From: Scyliorhinus canicula
Lineage: Eukaryota
Length of the DNA stretch: 64,000 nucleotides
Assembly (NCBI RefSeq): GCF_902713615.1
Contig: NC_052160.1
Coordinates: forward strand, 137,558,737 to 137,622,736
Direction of reading: 5' to 3'
This document shows positions 47,567 through 58,698 of the stretch, piece after piece. A model generated the notes under the pieces. The model saw nothing but the letters and a program-made list of their open reading frames with translations. It was not told the origin of the DNA and ran no database searches. Both the position numbers and the translations under genes were made by a program. Positions within the stretch are counted from its first letter, which is position 1; each line of letters opens with the position of its first letter.

Positions 47567-48035
47567 TGTTATGCTCTTGGTGTAGCATAAGCGGCTTCCT
47601 TGATGTTCACTCTGACAAAGGAAGGTTCAGATGCGGAGATAACTTCAACACGTTTATTGAACTATTTACAATTCTCCAACTTGGGTTCGCCACTACTGTT
47701 AATCCTATAGCTACTCAGACTGACAAACCAGTCTGCTACAATCCACGTGGTGGGTGTGATATTGAATCAACCCTGTGTCTGTACTCACTGAGTGTCTCCA
47801 TTGGAAAGAGGAAGATCATGTGTGCTGTGTCCTTTATATATGGGTTGGTGTAATGCCCCCCTGTGGTAGTGTCACCTCTGTGTGTATCGTGAATGCCCAT
47901 TGGTCGTGTCCTATCTTACTGACCTATTGGTTGAGTGTGTGTGTGTCATATCTCTGGTGCTCCCTCTAGTGTCTAGCTAGTCTACGTGTACTTCCATTAA
48001 CCCCTTGTGTATCTACAGTGATGCATATCACCACA
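47567..48035 (-). mobile_element. Solo LTR
   Basis: TGTTATG...ATATCACCACA ends; minus strand begins TGTGGTGATAT like the 3344-3581 LTR; minus-strand AATAAA. Confidence 0.7.
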
Positions 48036-48106
48036 ATGGGTATGGAAAGATGAGAATAAAGCAGATCGCTCCACTTTACATCTAAATCCTTTGAACATTA
48101 TGGAAG
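48036..48106 (+). pseudogene. Possible 3' remnant of a V-domain exon
   Basis: WVWKDENKADRSTLHLNPLNIME(G)|GTAAGA has the same 23-residue spacing and W-x-W...LN..E-G|GTAAG end as V1 WYWCG...KLNVLE(G)|GTAAG; the Cys is absent. Confidence 0.3.
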
Positions 48107-48184
48107 GTAAGAGCCCCAGTCCATTAGTTGGGTTGGGGAGCCCAGATTCAGCTTCCTCCTTATTGTGAAAGACCAGCTCAGATC

Positions 48185-48208
48185 TGATAACTACATGAAC
48201 AAGGAAGT
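48185..48208 (+). promoter_or_regulatory. GATA + ETS motifs upstream of orphan leader
   Basis: TGATAA 48185-48190 and AGGAAGT 48202-48208, 57-80 bp before ATG 48265. Confidence 0.4.
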
Positions 48209-48264
48209 CACTGACACAAATATAACACAGGAACCAAGTGATCTGAACACAGCACGGCTGAATA

Positions 48265-48349
48265 ATGTCCGAACGCAGTGAATTTATTGACCAGAAACAG
48301 TCCAGAACATTGAAATTATTTGCACATTTGATTGTTCTGTCTGTACCAA
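48265..48349 (+). CDS. Orphan/alternative leader exon of a CD300/pIgR-like gene
   Basis: MSERSEFIDQKQSRTLKLFAHLIVLSVP(S), donor A|GTAAGT, phase 1; 3' part resembles the gene 1 leader (AACATTGAA...TACCA). Confidence 0.5.
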
Positions 48350-48702
48350 GTAAGTATATTTTATAATCTTGTCCTTTGGCGTCATTAAAAAATACTTTTG
48401 TAGTCAAAGTTGATGAAGACCAGAAACATCCACTGGCTCAGTCACAAGGAGTTCTGTTGTGATGAACTAAAGATGAAACGCTCATGGTCTTGCAAATTGT
48501 CATGATGTCCATCTGCTTCTTGAGCACCATCCGTCCACATCGCTTCTTTCTGTGCTTTCCTGCAGTATGTGGTTCAGTCAGACCTGTTGACCCTCCATCT
48601 TCCCTGAAATTCTTGCTGTTCGTCAATACTAAGAGACTGAGTTAATTTATATTAGATTTTAACAACAATATCAGCAGCAAGTTGCATGATATGGCATTTA
48701 TT

Positions 48703-48924
48703 AAAACAAAGTGCTGGAAATGCTCAGCCGATCTGGCAGCATGTGGAGAGAGAAACATAGAGTTAACGATCCAAGTCCAATTCCTCGGCTCAGAAGAAGG
48801 GACACTTCTGACTTGAAATATTAACTCTTGTTTCTATCTCCACAGAAGCTGCCAGGCCTGCTGAGTATTTCCAACACTTTTTGATTTTATTTCAGCTTTT
48901 CGGTAGCTGCGGTATTTCACTTTT
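48703..48924. mobile_element. Short Penelope-tail-derived inverted element
   Basis: TGCTGGAAATGCTCAGC...GAGTTAAC arm inverted against GTTAACTC-like...GCTGAGTATTTCCAAC arm; degenerate hammerhead-like segment at 48789-48827. Confidence 0.6.
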
Positions 48925-48970
48925 AATGGATTACATATCACTAAACTTAGTATAAAAAACACAAGGTGCT

Positions 48971-49934
48971 TGTGACGGTAAAATATTGCAATCACGCAAG
49001 TCCGTAACTTGTAGTAACAAAGATTTTTATTCACAAACGTGCTTGGGAGACACATGGCTGCTCCTAAAGGGTGTCTCTCTGATACAAATGTAGCCATCTC
49101 AGATGGCAACCTGCAAAGGACCATGGGAATTATGGCCAACCCAGGACTCAGACACACTCAGAGCTTGTGTGTGTATTTGCAACCCAGATAGCTAGACGCA
49201 ATCAAAACCCCGGCTCGTCTGCATTCTAATGGCCCATTTCCCCAGAACAAAAGGACTGTACTCAGGTAACCGATACAGATGCAGACTAACCGGCGCCACT
49301 CCCTTTGCTAAGAAAGCCCAAACAGACAAGGTCAATGACCGCTCAGGACACGCCCGGCCTTCAAGGCACCCACCCCTTTATTGGCCAAAATCGAAGGGAG
49401 TGATCGAAGCCTGTCGAATTATTGGGTCCAAAGCTAAGGACAGCCCCAAAGAGGGCGAAATCCCAGAGGGATAAAAAGAGACACAGTCATGTGTTCGGTC
49501 TCTCTTGGATCCGGCCTATGCCAACCAAAGTGCAGCATAACGACCAGACAGACAAGTTCAATACCAACGATCGCTACCAGACGGATGAGCCCAGCAGAAA
49601 CGAAGCCACTTCCTGTACCCAACCGCAGAAGATCCGAACAAAGGCCTTGTTTATCTGCAAAGAGCCGGTTGCCCTGAAGTTAAGTACAGGTTATTGTAGT
49701 TGTTAGGTGTAGTTTAACTTGTGGTGTTTTGTGTTGCATGTCGAAGTAATCCTTGTGTGTAAATAAACTATCCTTGAACTTGAACTAACTAACTGGTTGT
49801 TTGGTCTTTGATCGATATCCGGTAAAGCCTTGGGTGGTACCATTTGATACCTGGCGACTCTGAAAAGCAATATTATCATTAATAACTGCCATATCTAGTT
49901 AATTTGGCAACATTATTGGTGACGCTGGTGGGAT
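48971..49934 (+). mobile_element. LTR (about 940 bp) followed by a PBS-like sequence
   Basis: TGTGACGG...GGCAACA, AATAAA near 49761, then TTAT-TGGTGACGCTGGTGGGAT (49917-49934). Confidence 0.65.
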
Positions 49935-51410
49935 AGTATTCCATTCATTAAAAAAAGCAACATTATTGGTGTCTCCGGTGCAAATTGGCAACGCAAAGGC
50001 GGTGTAAAATAGTTATATTTTGGGCTAACATATTTCACTAACTAAGGAGAATTGTAGATTGGTTAGATGGATTGGCCATGCTAAATTGCCCTTTGTCTCC
50101 AAGGACATGCAGGTTATGTGGGGTTATACCGGGAGACGGGGGGCAGCAGTGAGTGGGCGTCGGTAGGGTGCCCTATTAGAGGGTCGGTGCACACTCAACA
50201 AAGAACAAAGAAAAGTACAGCACAGGAACAGGCCCTTCGGCCCTCCAAGCCTGCGCCGACCATGCTGCCCGTCTAAACTAAAATCTTCTATACTTATGGG
50301 TCCGTATCCCTCCATTCCCATCCTATTCATGTATTTGTCAAGCTGCCCATTAAACGTCACTATCAACGACTCTGTGGGCCAAATGCCCTCCTTCTGCACT
50401 ATAACAATTCTCGGATTCAATCCACAGGTTGCAGTTGTTCCATTTATTGATTACGAGGGCAGCGCCAAGTCTGTGCTTCTTATCACATCCTGTGACAGTC
50501 ATTAAGTCTGTGATTGTTACTTTCCCACACCATCATGCTGAGAAAGGGCTCTAATAACTATTATTTTAAAGCTGTTGATACTCATGACTGCACTTGCCCA
50601 CATCAAAGCTATTAATGTTAAATGTCGAATTACCCCACTTTAGAGCTTCCTGTGAAGATCCCGCTGCTGACTGCATAATAATTATTATTGAAAAACTATT
50701 ATCTTTTTTTTACTTTTTCCAATTAAGGGGCAATAATGAAAAAATATTGTTGAGAACAGAAGTACATTTTGAGCAAAAAAAACCCACAGTCTTATTATCT
50801 CGTCTTAACAAAAATCGATTGCATCAGAACAGATATTGAGTAATTGCTTCTCGCGTGATTTCATATTTTTTTTCACTGCAACTCTGAAGCTCAAAGAATT
50901 GAATTGTTCTCTTCAATCATTTGCATTGTGATTGATGGTTGACTGGGAATTTATTCCACCGTAATTCTCAGTGCCAACTCAAAGCTGACCCCCCCCCCCC
51001 CCCACCCCCCCCTCCCCCCCCGCAGTGACATTTCGTGTGTAACTCTACAACCCCTCTGCGAAGATTCGCTGATGTTTTTGAACAGGTCACATCCTTGGCT
51101 TTTTGCAACTCTCTTCCACAAAAAATAACTAACTTGACCTCCCTGTCTTCACACTGTAAGATTTCAATTTGGGAGTTATAGAGCACCCAAAAAAGGGGTC
51201 GAGTTCTTTAGTGATTTCCGTGCAGGTTACTAATTAATTTAGAAGAAATAGTTTGAATAAGACACATTAGCTGAATAGACAGGAAAAGCACATGAGCCAT
51301 GATATGTGGGGATGGTGACACGTAGTGAGGGATAGTCTCCTTAGCTGGAGTTGTAGTCTCTTCTATTTTCTGAGGCCTTCCTCCATCTGACAAAGGTGGA
51401 AGCCAGCATT

Positions 51411-51717
51411 ATAATAATCTTTATTACTGTCACAAGTAGACTTACATTAACACCGCAATGAGGTTACTGTGAAAAGCCCCCAGTCGCCACACTCCGGCAC
51501 CTGTTCGGGTACAGAGAGGGAGAATTCAGAATGTCCAATTCACCTAACAACACGTCCTACGGGTCATGTGGGAGGAAACCGGAGCACCCGGAGGAAACCC
51601 ACGCAGACACGGGGAGAACGTGCAGACTCCACACAGACAGTGACCCAGGCGGGAATCGAACCTGGGACCCAGGCTCTGTGAAGCCATAGTGCTAACCACT
51701 ATACTACCGTGCTGCCC
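51411..51717 (-). mobile_element. V-SINE, B-type tail
   Basis: Reverse complement of B-type SINE. Confidence 0.85.
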
Positions 51718-52466
51718 ACCTAATTAACCTAACAAGCACATAAACAACAAAAGAGATACAGGGGTTGATTCTCCATTTCCCGACGCCGGTATCGGGATTC
51801 TGGATCTGTTGTAGAATGGCGGGTTGCCCGAAAACAGGGATCAGTGCTGGGTTCCAGACCTGTTGCAATGCTCCACTGTCTTGCCACCGGCCGCAGCACG
51901 CTACCCACCCATGCTAGCCGGAGAATGTGAATTCAGGTTTAGAATGCATAAGTGTGCAATTAACGGGCTGGAAGCCCGATATTTCTCCCCCCTCCCACCG
52001 CGATGCTTCTATCTCGGGTTGGGTGGGCTCAGTCTGTGGTTGAAGGGTTGACCCCAGGACACAACCCCTGGGATGGAGGGGGTGTCCCGTGTCTGGTCGG
52101 CCCCTTCCAGCCCTGGGCAAGCTGAAGATTACCCTTGGCACGGTGATCTCAGGCAGGCCTCTGCTCAACATCATCCTCCTGGTCTGAGTTTTTAAAGTTC
52201 CGATGTGGCCTCCTCAGCTTGAACTGCTCTGCCTGACATCTAAAGAGCGGTCCAGGAAGTCCAGTGAAGAAACAAAGCAGGTACACTTCCCTTGCCTAAA
52301 ATCTGCTTGTTCAGACTAAAACCTTCAAAACAGCAGCTGTTAAACGTTTCAGAGGCGGCCTCAAAAGCAACACTTGAAAAGCCTTGAAATCCTCTGACAG
52401 CATTTGGAATGTTGGGCATCCATTCAACTTCACACAGCAATGCTTCATCGTCCTTCATACTTCATC

Positions 52467-52640
52467 AGCTGGTTTAGCACAGGGCTAAATAGTTGCCATT
52501 TAAAGCAGGCCAGCAGCGTAGGTTCAATTCCCGTACCGGCCTCCCCGAACAGGCGCCGGAATGTGGCGACGAGGGGCTTTTCACAGTAACTTCATTTGAA
52601 GCCTACTTGTGCCAATAAGCGATTTTCATTTTCATTTCAT
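52467..52640 (+). mobile_element. Short core-less SINE (C-type)
   Basis: Head GGTTTAGCACAGGGCTAAATAG...GGTTCAATTCCC joined directly to the B-type tail, ending in TTTCA repeats. Confidence 0.8.
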
Positions 52641-53774
52641 CCTGTGATTGACAGTTTCATGGTTCAGACACCGGCTTGGTGGATAGTTTATTTATCTTTC
52701 CCTTCACGCTTGAATGCATCTCAAGTATGCTGCTTTGAAGCTAACCTGAGGGGAGTCGATCAGTTTCTTAAAAGCCTTTTTATTCAACAAACAACATTGC
52801 CTACACGAGGCCCGATACAACTTACCGGACCCTCTCTCCTTTCTGGTCAGCCCCACACTGACCAAACTTATATATCGGTGCTAATAAGCCACTCTGCCCA
52901 TGGTGGGGGAGCTTGCAGCACCAATGCACACAGGGAAACAATTATCCCCAGCTGGACATGTCCCACGCAAGTTATCACATAAGCAAAATGTTTATAAACA
53001 CACTTGATATGGAGCTAAGTGGTTTCACTTCCTCTCTTCTTGCAGCCAAAAGTACTTAGCTGGCAACACAGATGGTCACATGACCTATGGCCTGACCCTT
53101 GACCCCCCCCCCACCTTGTGATCCACCGTGCCAGGCGTGGTTTCACTGCCAGGGTGTAAGTGCTTGGATTGAACTTACCGCTCTTTGATGTGGTCAGTGT
53201 TTGTAAACTTTGAATTTCAACACTTCAGGCCACTGAACCATGAAGGGAGATGAATGAATCCAAGCTGCAGCTGGTTTGTAGAAGCTGTCAATCACAGACC
53301 ACCACTGGAACGCTATGAATGGCTTGCAGCGAATGGATCTGTGGGAACCAGATGCAAGTCACAGCTGTTAAGCTTCATAGAAGGGACACGTGGAGCTTCA
53401 AGGTAAATGTTACAGCTGTAACTTTACCCACTGTTCCTGTCTGGACTGCTCTCTACCTTCCAGACAATGGTCTGTTTTCTCAGGGGGTGTGCGTCATTGG
53501 GGAGGGGGGGGTCTCCTTAGGTAGGAGGTTCCCTGAGGCAGGGGGGTCCCTGTGGGGAGTTGGGGTCCGCCTATTACATGGGTACCTGTTGGGGGTCCCT
53601 TTGGTCAGGGCTTCCCTGGCGGGGATCTCCCTATTACATGGGTCCCTGGGGAGGGGGTGTGCTGGGGTTCTAGAAGAGGAGGTCTGAGCAGGTAGTGCAT
53701 TGTGGGAGGGCTCAGATGGTCTGGTCCTGGTCCTGGTATGGTGGACTTCGCAGTGGGACAAGGATTCTACGAGA

Positions 53775-55320
53775 TGCTTCCTCATTCTTCTGAACTCCAG
53801 TGAATTGAATCCGAACCGACTCAATTGCTCCTCCATGTCCGTTGGCCATCCTGGGAATCAGTCTGCTGAAGGTTAGCTGCACTCCCACGACAGAAAGAAC
53901 AGACTGCCTCAGATAAGGAGACCAGAACTGCACACAATATTACAGGTGTGGCCTCACCAAGACCCTGCATAATTGCATCAAGACCTTCCTGCTCCTGTAC
54001 TCGAATTCTCTCGCTATGAAGGCCAAAATACCATGTGCCTTCTTTACCACTTGCTGCACCTGCATGCTTACCTTCAGCAAGTGGTGTATGAGGATACCCA
54101 GGTTCCATTGTACATTACCCTCTCCTAGTTTATGGCCATTCAGATATGAAAATGAAATGAAAATCGCTTATTGTCACAAGTAGGCTTCAATGAAGTTACT
54201 GTGAAAAGCCCCTAGTCGCCACATTCCGGCTCCTGGTACGGGAATTGAACCGTGCTGCTGGCCTGCTTAGCCCAGTGTGCTAAACCAGCCCCTAATCATT
54301 TGCCTTCCTGTTTTTGCTACCAAAGTGGATAACCTTGCATTGATCCAAATTATACTGCATCTGCCATTCATTTTCCCACTCACTAAACTTGTCCAAATCA
54401 CAGAAGAACATCAGAATTAGGATCAGAAATAGGCAATTCAGAGCTTTGAGCCTGCTCCACCATTCAATCCGATCATGACTGATCTCTTCCTGGTCTCAAA
54501 TCCACCTCCCCACCTGTTCCTCACATCCGTTCTACCCATTTTTCACACTGAAGGATCTCTGAATCCTCCTCACAGCTCACCCTCCCACCCAACTTTGTGT
54601 CATCTGCAAATTTGGAGATATTACATTTAGTTCCCTCATCTAAATCATTAATATATATTGTGAATAGCTGGGATCCCAGCACCGATTCCTGCGGTACCCC
54701 ACCAGCCACTGCCTGCCAATTTGAAAAAGACATGCTAGTTCCTATTCTTTGGTTTCTGTCTGCCAAACCAGTTTTCTATCCATCTCAATTACTCCCGCCA
54801 GTGACTTTGTCATGAGCCTTCTGAAAGTTTAAATAAACCACATCCACTGGCTCCCCCTCATCAACTCTATTAGTTATATCCTCGGAGAATTCTGGTAGAT
54901 TTGTCAAGCATGATTTCCCCTTCATAGATCCAAGCTGACTAATAATAATAATAATAATAATCGCTTACTGTCACGAGTAGGCTTCAATGAAGTTACTGTG
55001 AAAAGCCCCTAGTCACCACATTCCGGCTCCTGTTCGGGGAGGCCAGTACGGTAATTGAACCGGCACTGCTGGCCTTGTTCTGCATTACAGGCCAGCTGTT
55101 TAGCCCAGCTGTTTAGCCCACTGTGCTAAACCTGCTCTGATCCTGCCACCATTTTCAAAGTGCTCTGCTATAAAATCTTTTATCCTGGATTTTAGAATTT
55201 TCCCCACCACTGACACCAGGCTGACTGGTCTATAATTCCCTGTTAACTTTCTACCTCTCTTTTTAAATAGCATTAGCTACCCTCCAATCTGTAGGAACTG
55301 TTCCAATGTCGATACAATCC
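53775..55320 (-). mobile_element. CR1 LINE RT fragment carrying two C-type SINEs (54146-54293, 54940-55132)
   Basis: Minus translation GVPQESVLGSQLFTIYINDLDEGTKCNISKFADDTKLGG. Confidence 0.85.
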
Positions 55321-55325
55321 TGGAA

Positions 55326-55553
55326 TTTTTTTTTTTAAATTTAGAGTACCGAATTCATTTTTTCCAATTAAGGGGCAATTTAGCGTGGCAAATCCACCTA
55401 CCCTGCACATCTTTGGGTTGTGGGGGCGAAACCCACGCAGACACGGGGAGAATGTGCAAACTCCACACGGACAGTGACCCAGAGCCGAGATTGAACCTGG
55501 GACCTCGGTGCCGTGAGGCAGCAGTGCTAACCCACTGTGCCACCGTGCTGCCC
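55326..55553 (-). mobile_element. V-SINE, short-tail subfamily
   Basis: 13-bp TSD TACAATCCTGGAA at 55313-55325 and 55554-55566. Confidence 0.9.
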
Positions 55554-56143
55554 TACAATCCTGGAAGATGACCACCATTAGAAGACGTTTCATAGCTTGT
55601 TTTAGACCCAGAAGAAAACAGTTTTGGAAAATTAAATTCTCCAAAGAAATTGGGAAAACTGTCAAATTGCCAAATTTAGGCTTATTAACCTCCATAATTA
55701 GTTCAATCCCCAACTACTTAAATCCCCCTTCTCGTCAGAAAGTGAGAAAAGTCATCTTCACAGCTCACAAGAAGTTTCATTCTGGGAGACAAGGAAGCGA
55801 TGGACAATGATTTCGGCTGAATTTTGATTGGATGATTATGTTCCTGCTGTGAGGAAAAAAACGTCGTCAGCTGCCACTTTCCTGCTGTCGTGGTGATTGG
55901 TTTTCAAAGCTGTGTGAGAAATCCTATCGCAGCATTATTGTGTAAGAGGGATTTAAAACAGCATTGTCTAAGAAGGCAGTGTATCAGAGTTTACCATCAA
56001 GTGAAACACATTTTATTTAAATCTCTGGAATGTTATGGAGGTTAAGTGCCCCATAAGATTTAGAATAGCAACTTGGGTCCTTGCGTTAGCCTGTCTGCAC
56101 AGAATCAGCTTTGGAAGGTGGGCCCACGCCATCTCCGCTTTGT

Positions 56144-56153
56144 GAAAGAGGAA
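56144..56153 (+). promoter_or_regulatory. IRF-ETS composite element (IECS-type) upstream of gene 2
   Basis: GAAAGAGGAA fits GAAANNGGAA, 128 bp before ATG 56281. Confidence 0.45.
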
Positions 56154-56280
56154 CTGTCCAATTTTGCTGCAATAAGAAGGAAATGACAAATACATCCAGA
56201 AAAATCAACCAATTCAAACGCAGGACAGTAAATATTACAGCACCCAGGCAGAGAGAACGCAGAAAAAGCAGCCCAGGACA

Positions 56281-56320
56281 ATGGAGTTCATTGCTCTTTT
56301 GATTCTTATGCCCCTATCAA
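56281..56320 (+). CDS. Gene 2 exon 1: signal peptide
   Basis: MEFIALLILMPLS(S), donor A|GTAAGT, phase 1 joins to V exon giving ...PLSSLC/QLTAPEK. Confidence 0.8.
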
Positions 56321-56817
56321 GTAAGTCTCTTTATTTAAAGAAATAGTAACCTTTAGCATGGATGAGAAGTATTTTTGTAATCAGAGCTGATGAAGGTTAG
56401 AAAGGATTGGATTATCAGGACAGCCTGCAAAATCCTAGCTGGGACTCCATGGTGTTTAGGAGATTGAGAGTTTATCTGGTGGAGGTGTCGAAATATGAAA
56501 ATGATCGGCAGGGTAGACATGGAGAAATTATTTCCTCTAGTTGGGGACTTGTGAACAAAGGGACAGAATCTTAAAATTAGAGTTAGGCTGTTCAAGAACG
56601 AAATCAGGAGGCACCTTTTCATAGAAACAGTCGCTCTGCGCCCCCCTCCACAAGTTACTCTGGATACTGGAGCTGGTGGAGGTTTTGAGATTAGGGCTGA
56701 GAAGTTGGAATAGGACTGATATGAGGTAAGGATAACAAGGGATTTGAAACCAAGTGTTGCCAAGGGTCTCCACCTCTTCCTGATGTCTCAACATTCCTCT
56801 GATCCGCAAAAGGCTCC

Positions 56818-57173
56818 GGCAGCACGGTAGCATTGTGGATAGCACAATCGCTTCACAGCTCCAGGGTCCCAGGTTCGATTCCGGCTTGGGTCACTGTCTG
56901 TGCGGAGTCTGCACATCCTCCCCGTGTGTGCGTGGGTTTCCTCCGGGTGCTCCGGTTTCCTCCCACAGTCCAAAGATGTGCAGGTTAGGTGGATTGGCCA
57001 TGATAAATTGCCCTTAGTGTCCAAAATTGCCCTTAGTGTTGGGTGGGGTTACTGGGTTATGGGGATAGGGTGGCGGTGTTGACCTTGGGTAGGGTACTCT
57101 TTCCAAGAGCCGGTGCAGACTCGATGGGCCGAATGGCCTCCTTCTGCACTGTAAATTCTATGATAATCTATGA
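56818..57173 (+). mobile_element. Full-length V-SINE
   Basis: Head, core and GTAAATTCTATGATAATCTATGA tail. Confidence 0.9.
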
Positions 57174-57343
57174 TAATATATTACATAAGTTTACAAGCAG
57201 GCAGATTTAGAGAATTTGTTTAATTTAACAATATTTTTAATCGTTTTAATAGCGACGATCAGTTTAAATAAGGGCTAATAATGAATAATGAAATCAGCAG
57301 GAATTTTAACTGAATGTTCTGATTGTGGAGAATCTGGAGAGCT

Positions 57344-57696
57344 GGGCAGCACGGTAGCACAATGGCTAGCACTGTGGCTTCACAGCGCCAGGGTCCCATG
57401 TTCAATTTCCCGCTGGTTCCCTGTCTATGCAGAGTCTGTACGTTCTCCCCGTGTCTACGTGGGTTTCCTCCGGGTGCTCCGGTTTCCTCCCACAGTCCAA
57501 AGACGTGCAGGTTAGGTGGATTGGCCATGCTAAATTGCCCCTTCGTGTCCAAAAAGGTTAGGAGGGGTTAGTGGGTTCCGGGGATAGTTAGGAGGGGTTA
57601 GCTGGTTACGGGGATAGGGTGGAAGTGAAGGCTTAAGTGGGTCGGTGCAGACTAGATGGGCCGAATGGCTTCCTTCTGCGCTGTATGTTCTATGTT
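57344..57696 (+). mobile_element. V-SINE with internal ~30-bp duplication
   Basis: GTTAGGAGGGGTTAG..GGTT.CGGGGATAG occurs twice at about 57558-57617. Confidence 0.85.
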
Positions 57697-57943
57697 TAGA
57701 TAATCACCAGGCTGCACGTTGGGAGAAGTGGGCGTAGAGATGGTGTACCCGCAGTGATTTGAATAACAAGGGTCGGCTAAATGAGAGTCCATGCAAGGAA
57801 TCCAATGTTGAAAATGGAACTGGATCTGTAATGGCAAAAGCGATTGTCGTAACAATGGAACAGGAATATTTATCTGGCTAGATATTGTTTGTATTGATCG
57901 CGATACAGCTGCTGATCATTTTTAATTATCAATATCTCAACAG

Positions 57944-58270
57944 GTTTGTGTCAATTAACTGCGCCCGAGAAGGTTGATGGGGAATTCGGAGGATCGGTCA
58001 CTCTGAACTGTCAGTATGATCTGCTTTATGTGAGCCATGTTAAACAATTGTGCAGAGGTCATGATTATTATGAATGTTCTGTTGTGGTTTCCACTATTGA
58101 ACCAGAAAATGGAAGAATATCTCTCACTGATAACAAAATACAAGGGATATTTTCAATAACAATTGATGACCTAATGAAGGATGATGGAGGACGATACTGG
58201 TGTGTGATAATATTAATGTCATTATTTAAAATACATCTAAAGACTTCTATTGATTTGGAAGTTTCTGAAG
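57944..58270 (+). CDS. Gene 2 exon 2: Ig V-set domain (CD300/pIgR family)
   Basis: Acceptor ATCTCAACAG|, donor GAAG|GTAAGA, phase 1-1, 327 bp; GGSVTLNCQY..KQLCRGHDYYEC..DNKIQGIFSITI..DDGGRYWC..IDLEV. Confidence 0.95.
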
Positions 58271-58393
58271 GTAAGATGGCTAATGTATTTCTGTATAGTT
58301 TACTCTTCCTGATTTAAACATTTGTAATCGGAAATAGCCACCAGTCTGCTCTAAATCACTCGCCACCACATACTGGGTTCATCACATGCATAT

Positions 58394-58698
58394 TAATAAT
58401 AATAAACTTTATTATTGTCACAAGTAGGCTTATATCAACATTGCAATGAAGTTACTGTGAAAAGCCCCTCGTCGCCACACTCCGGTGCCTGTTCGGGTAC
58501 ACAGAGGGAGAATTCAGAATGTCCAATTCACCTAACAAGCATGTCTTTCGGGAGTTGTGGGAGAAAACCAGAGCACCCGGAGGAAACCCACGCAGACACG
58601 GGGAGAATGTGCAGACTCCGCACAGACAGTGACCCAAGCCGGGAATCAAACTCAGGTCCCAGGCTGTGTGAAGCAACAGTGTCAACCACTGTGCTGCC
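58394..58698 (-). mobile_element. V-SINE, B-type tail
   Basis: Reverse complement of B-type SINE. Confidence 0.85.
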
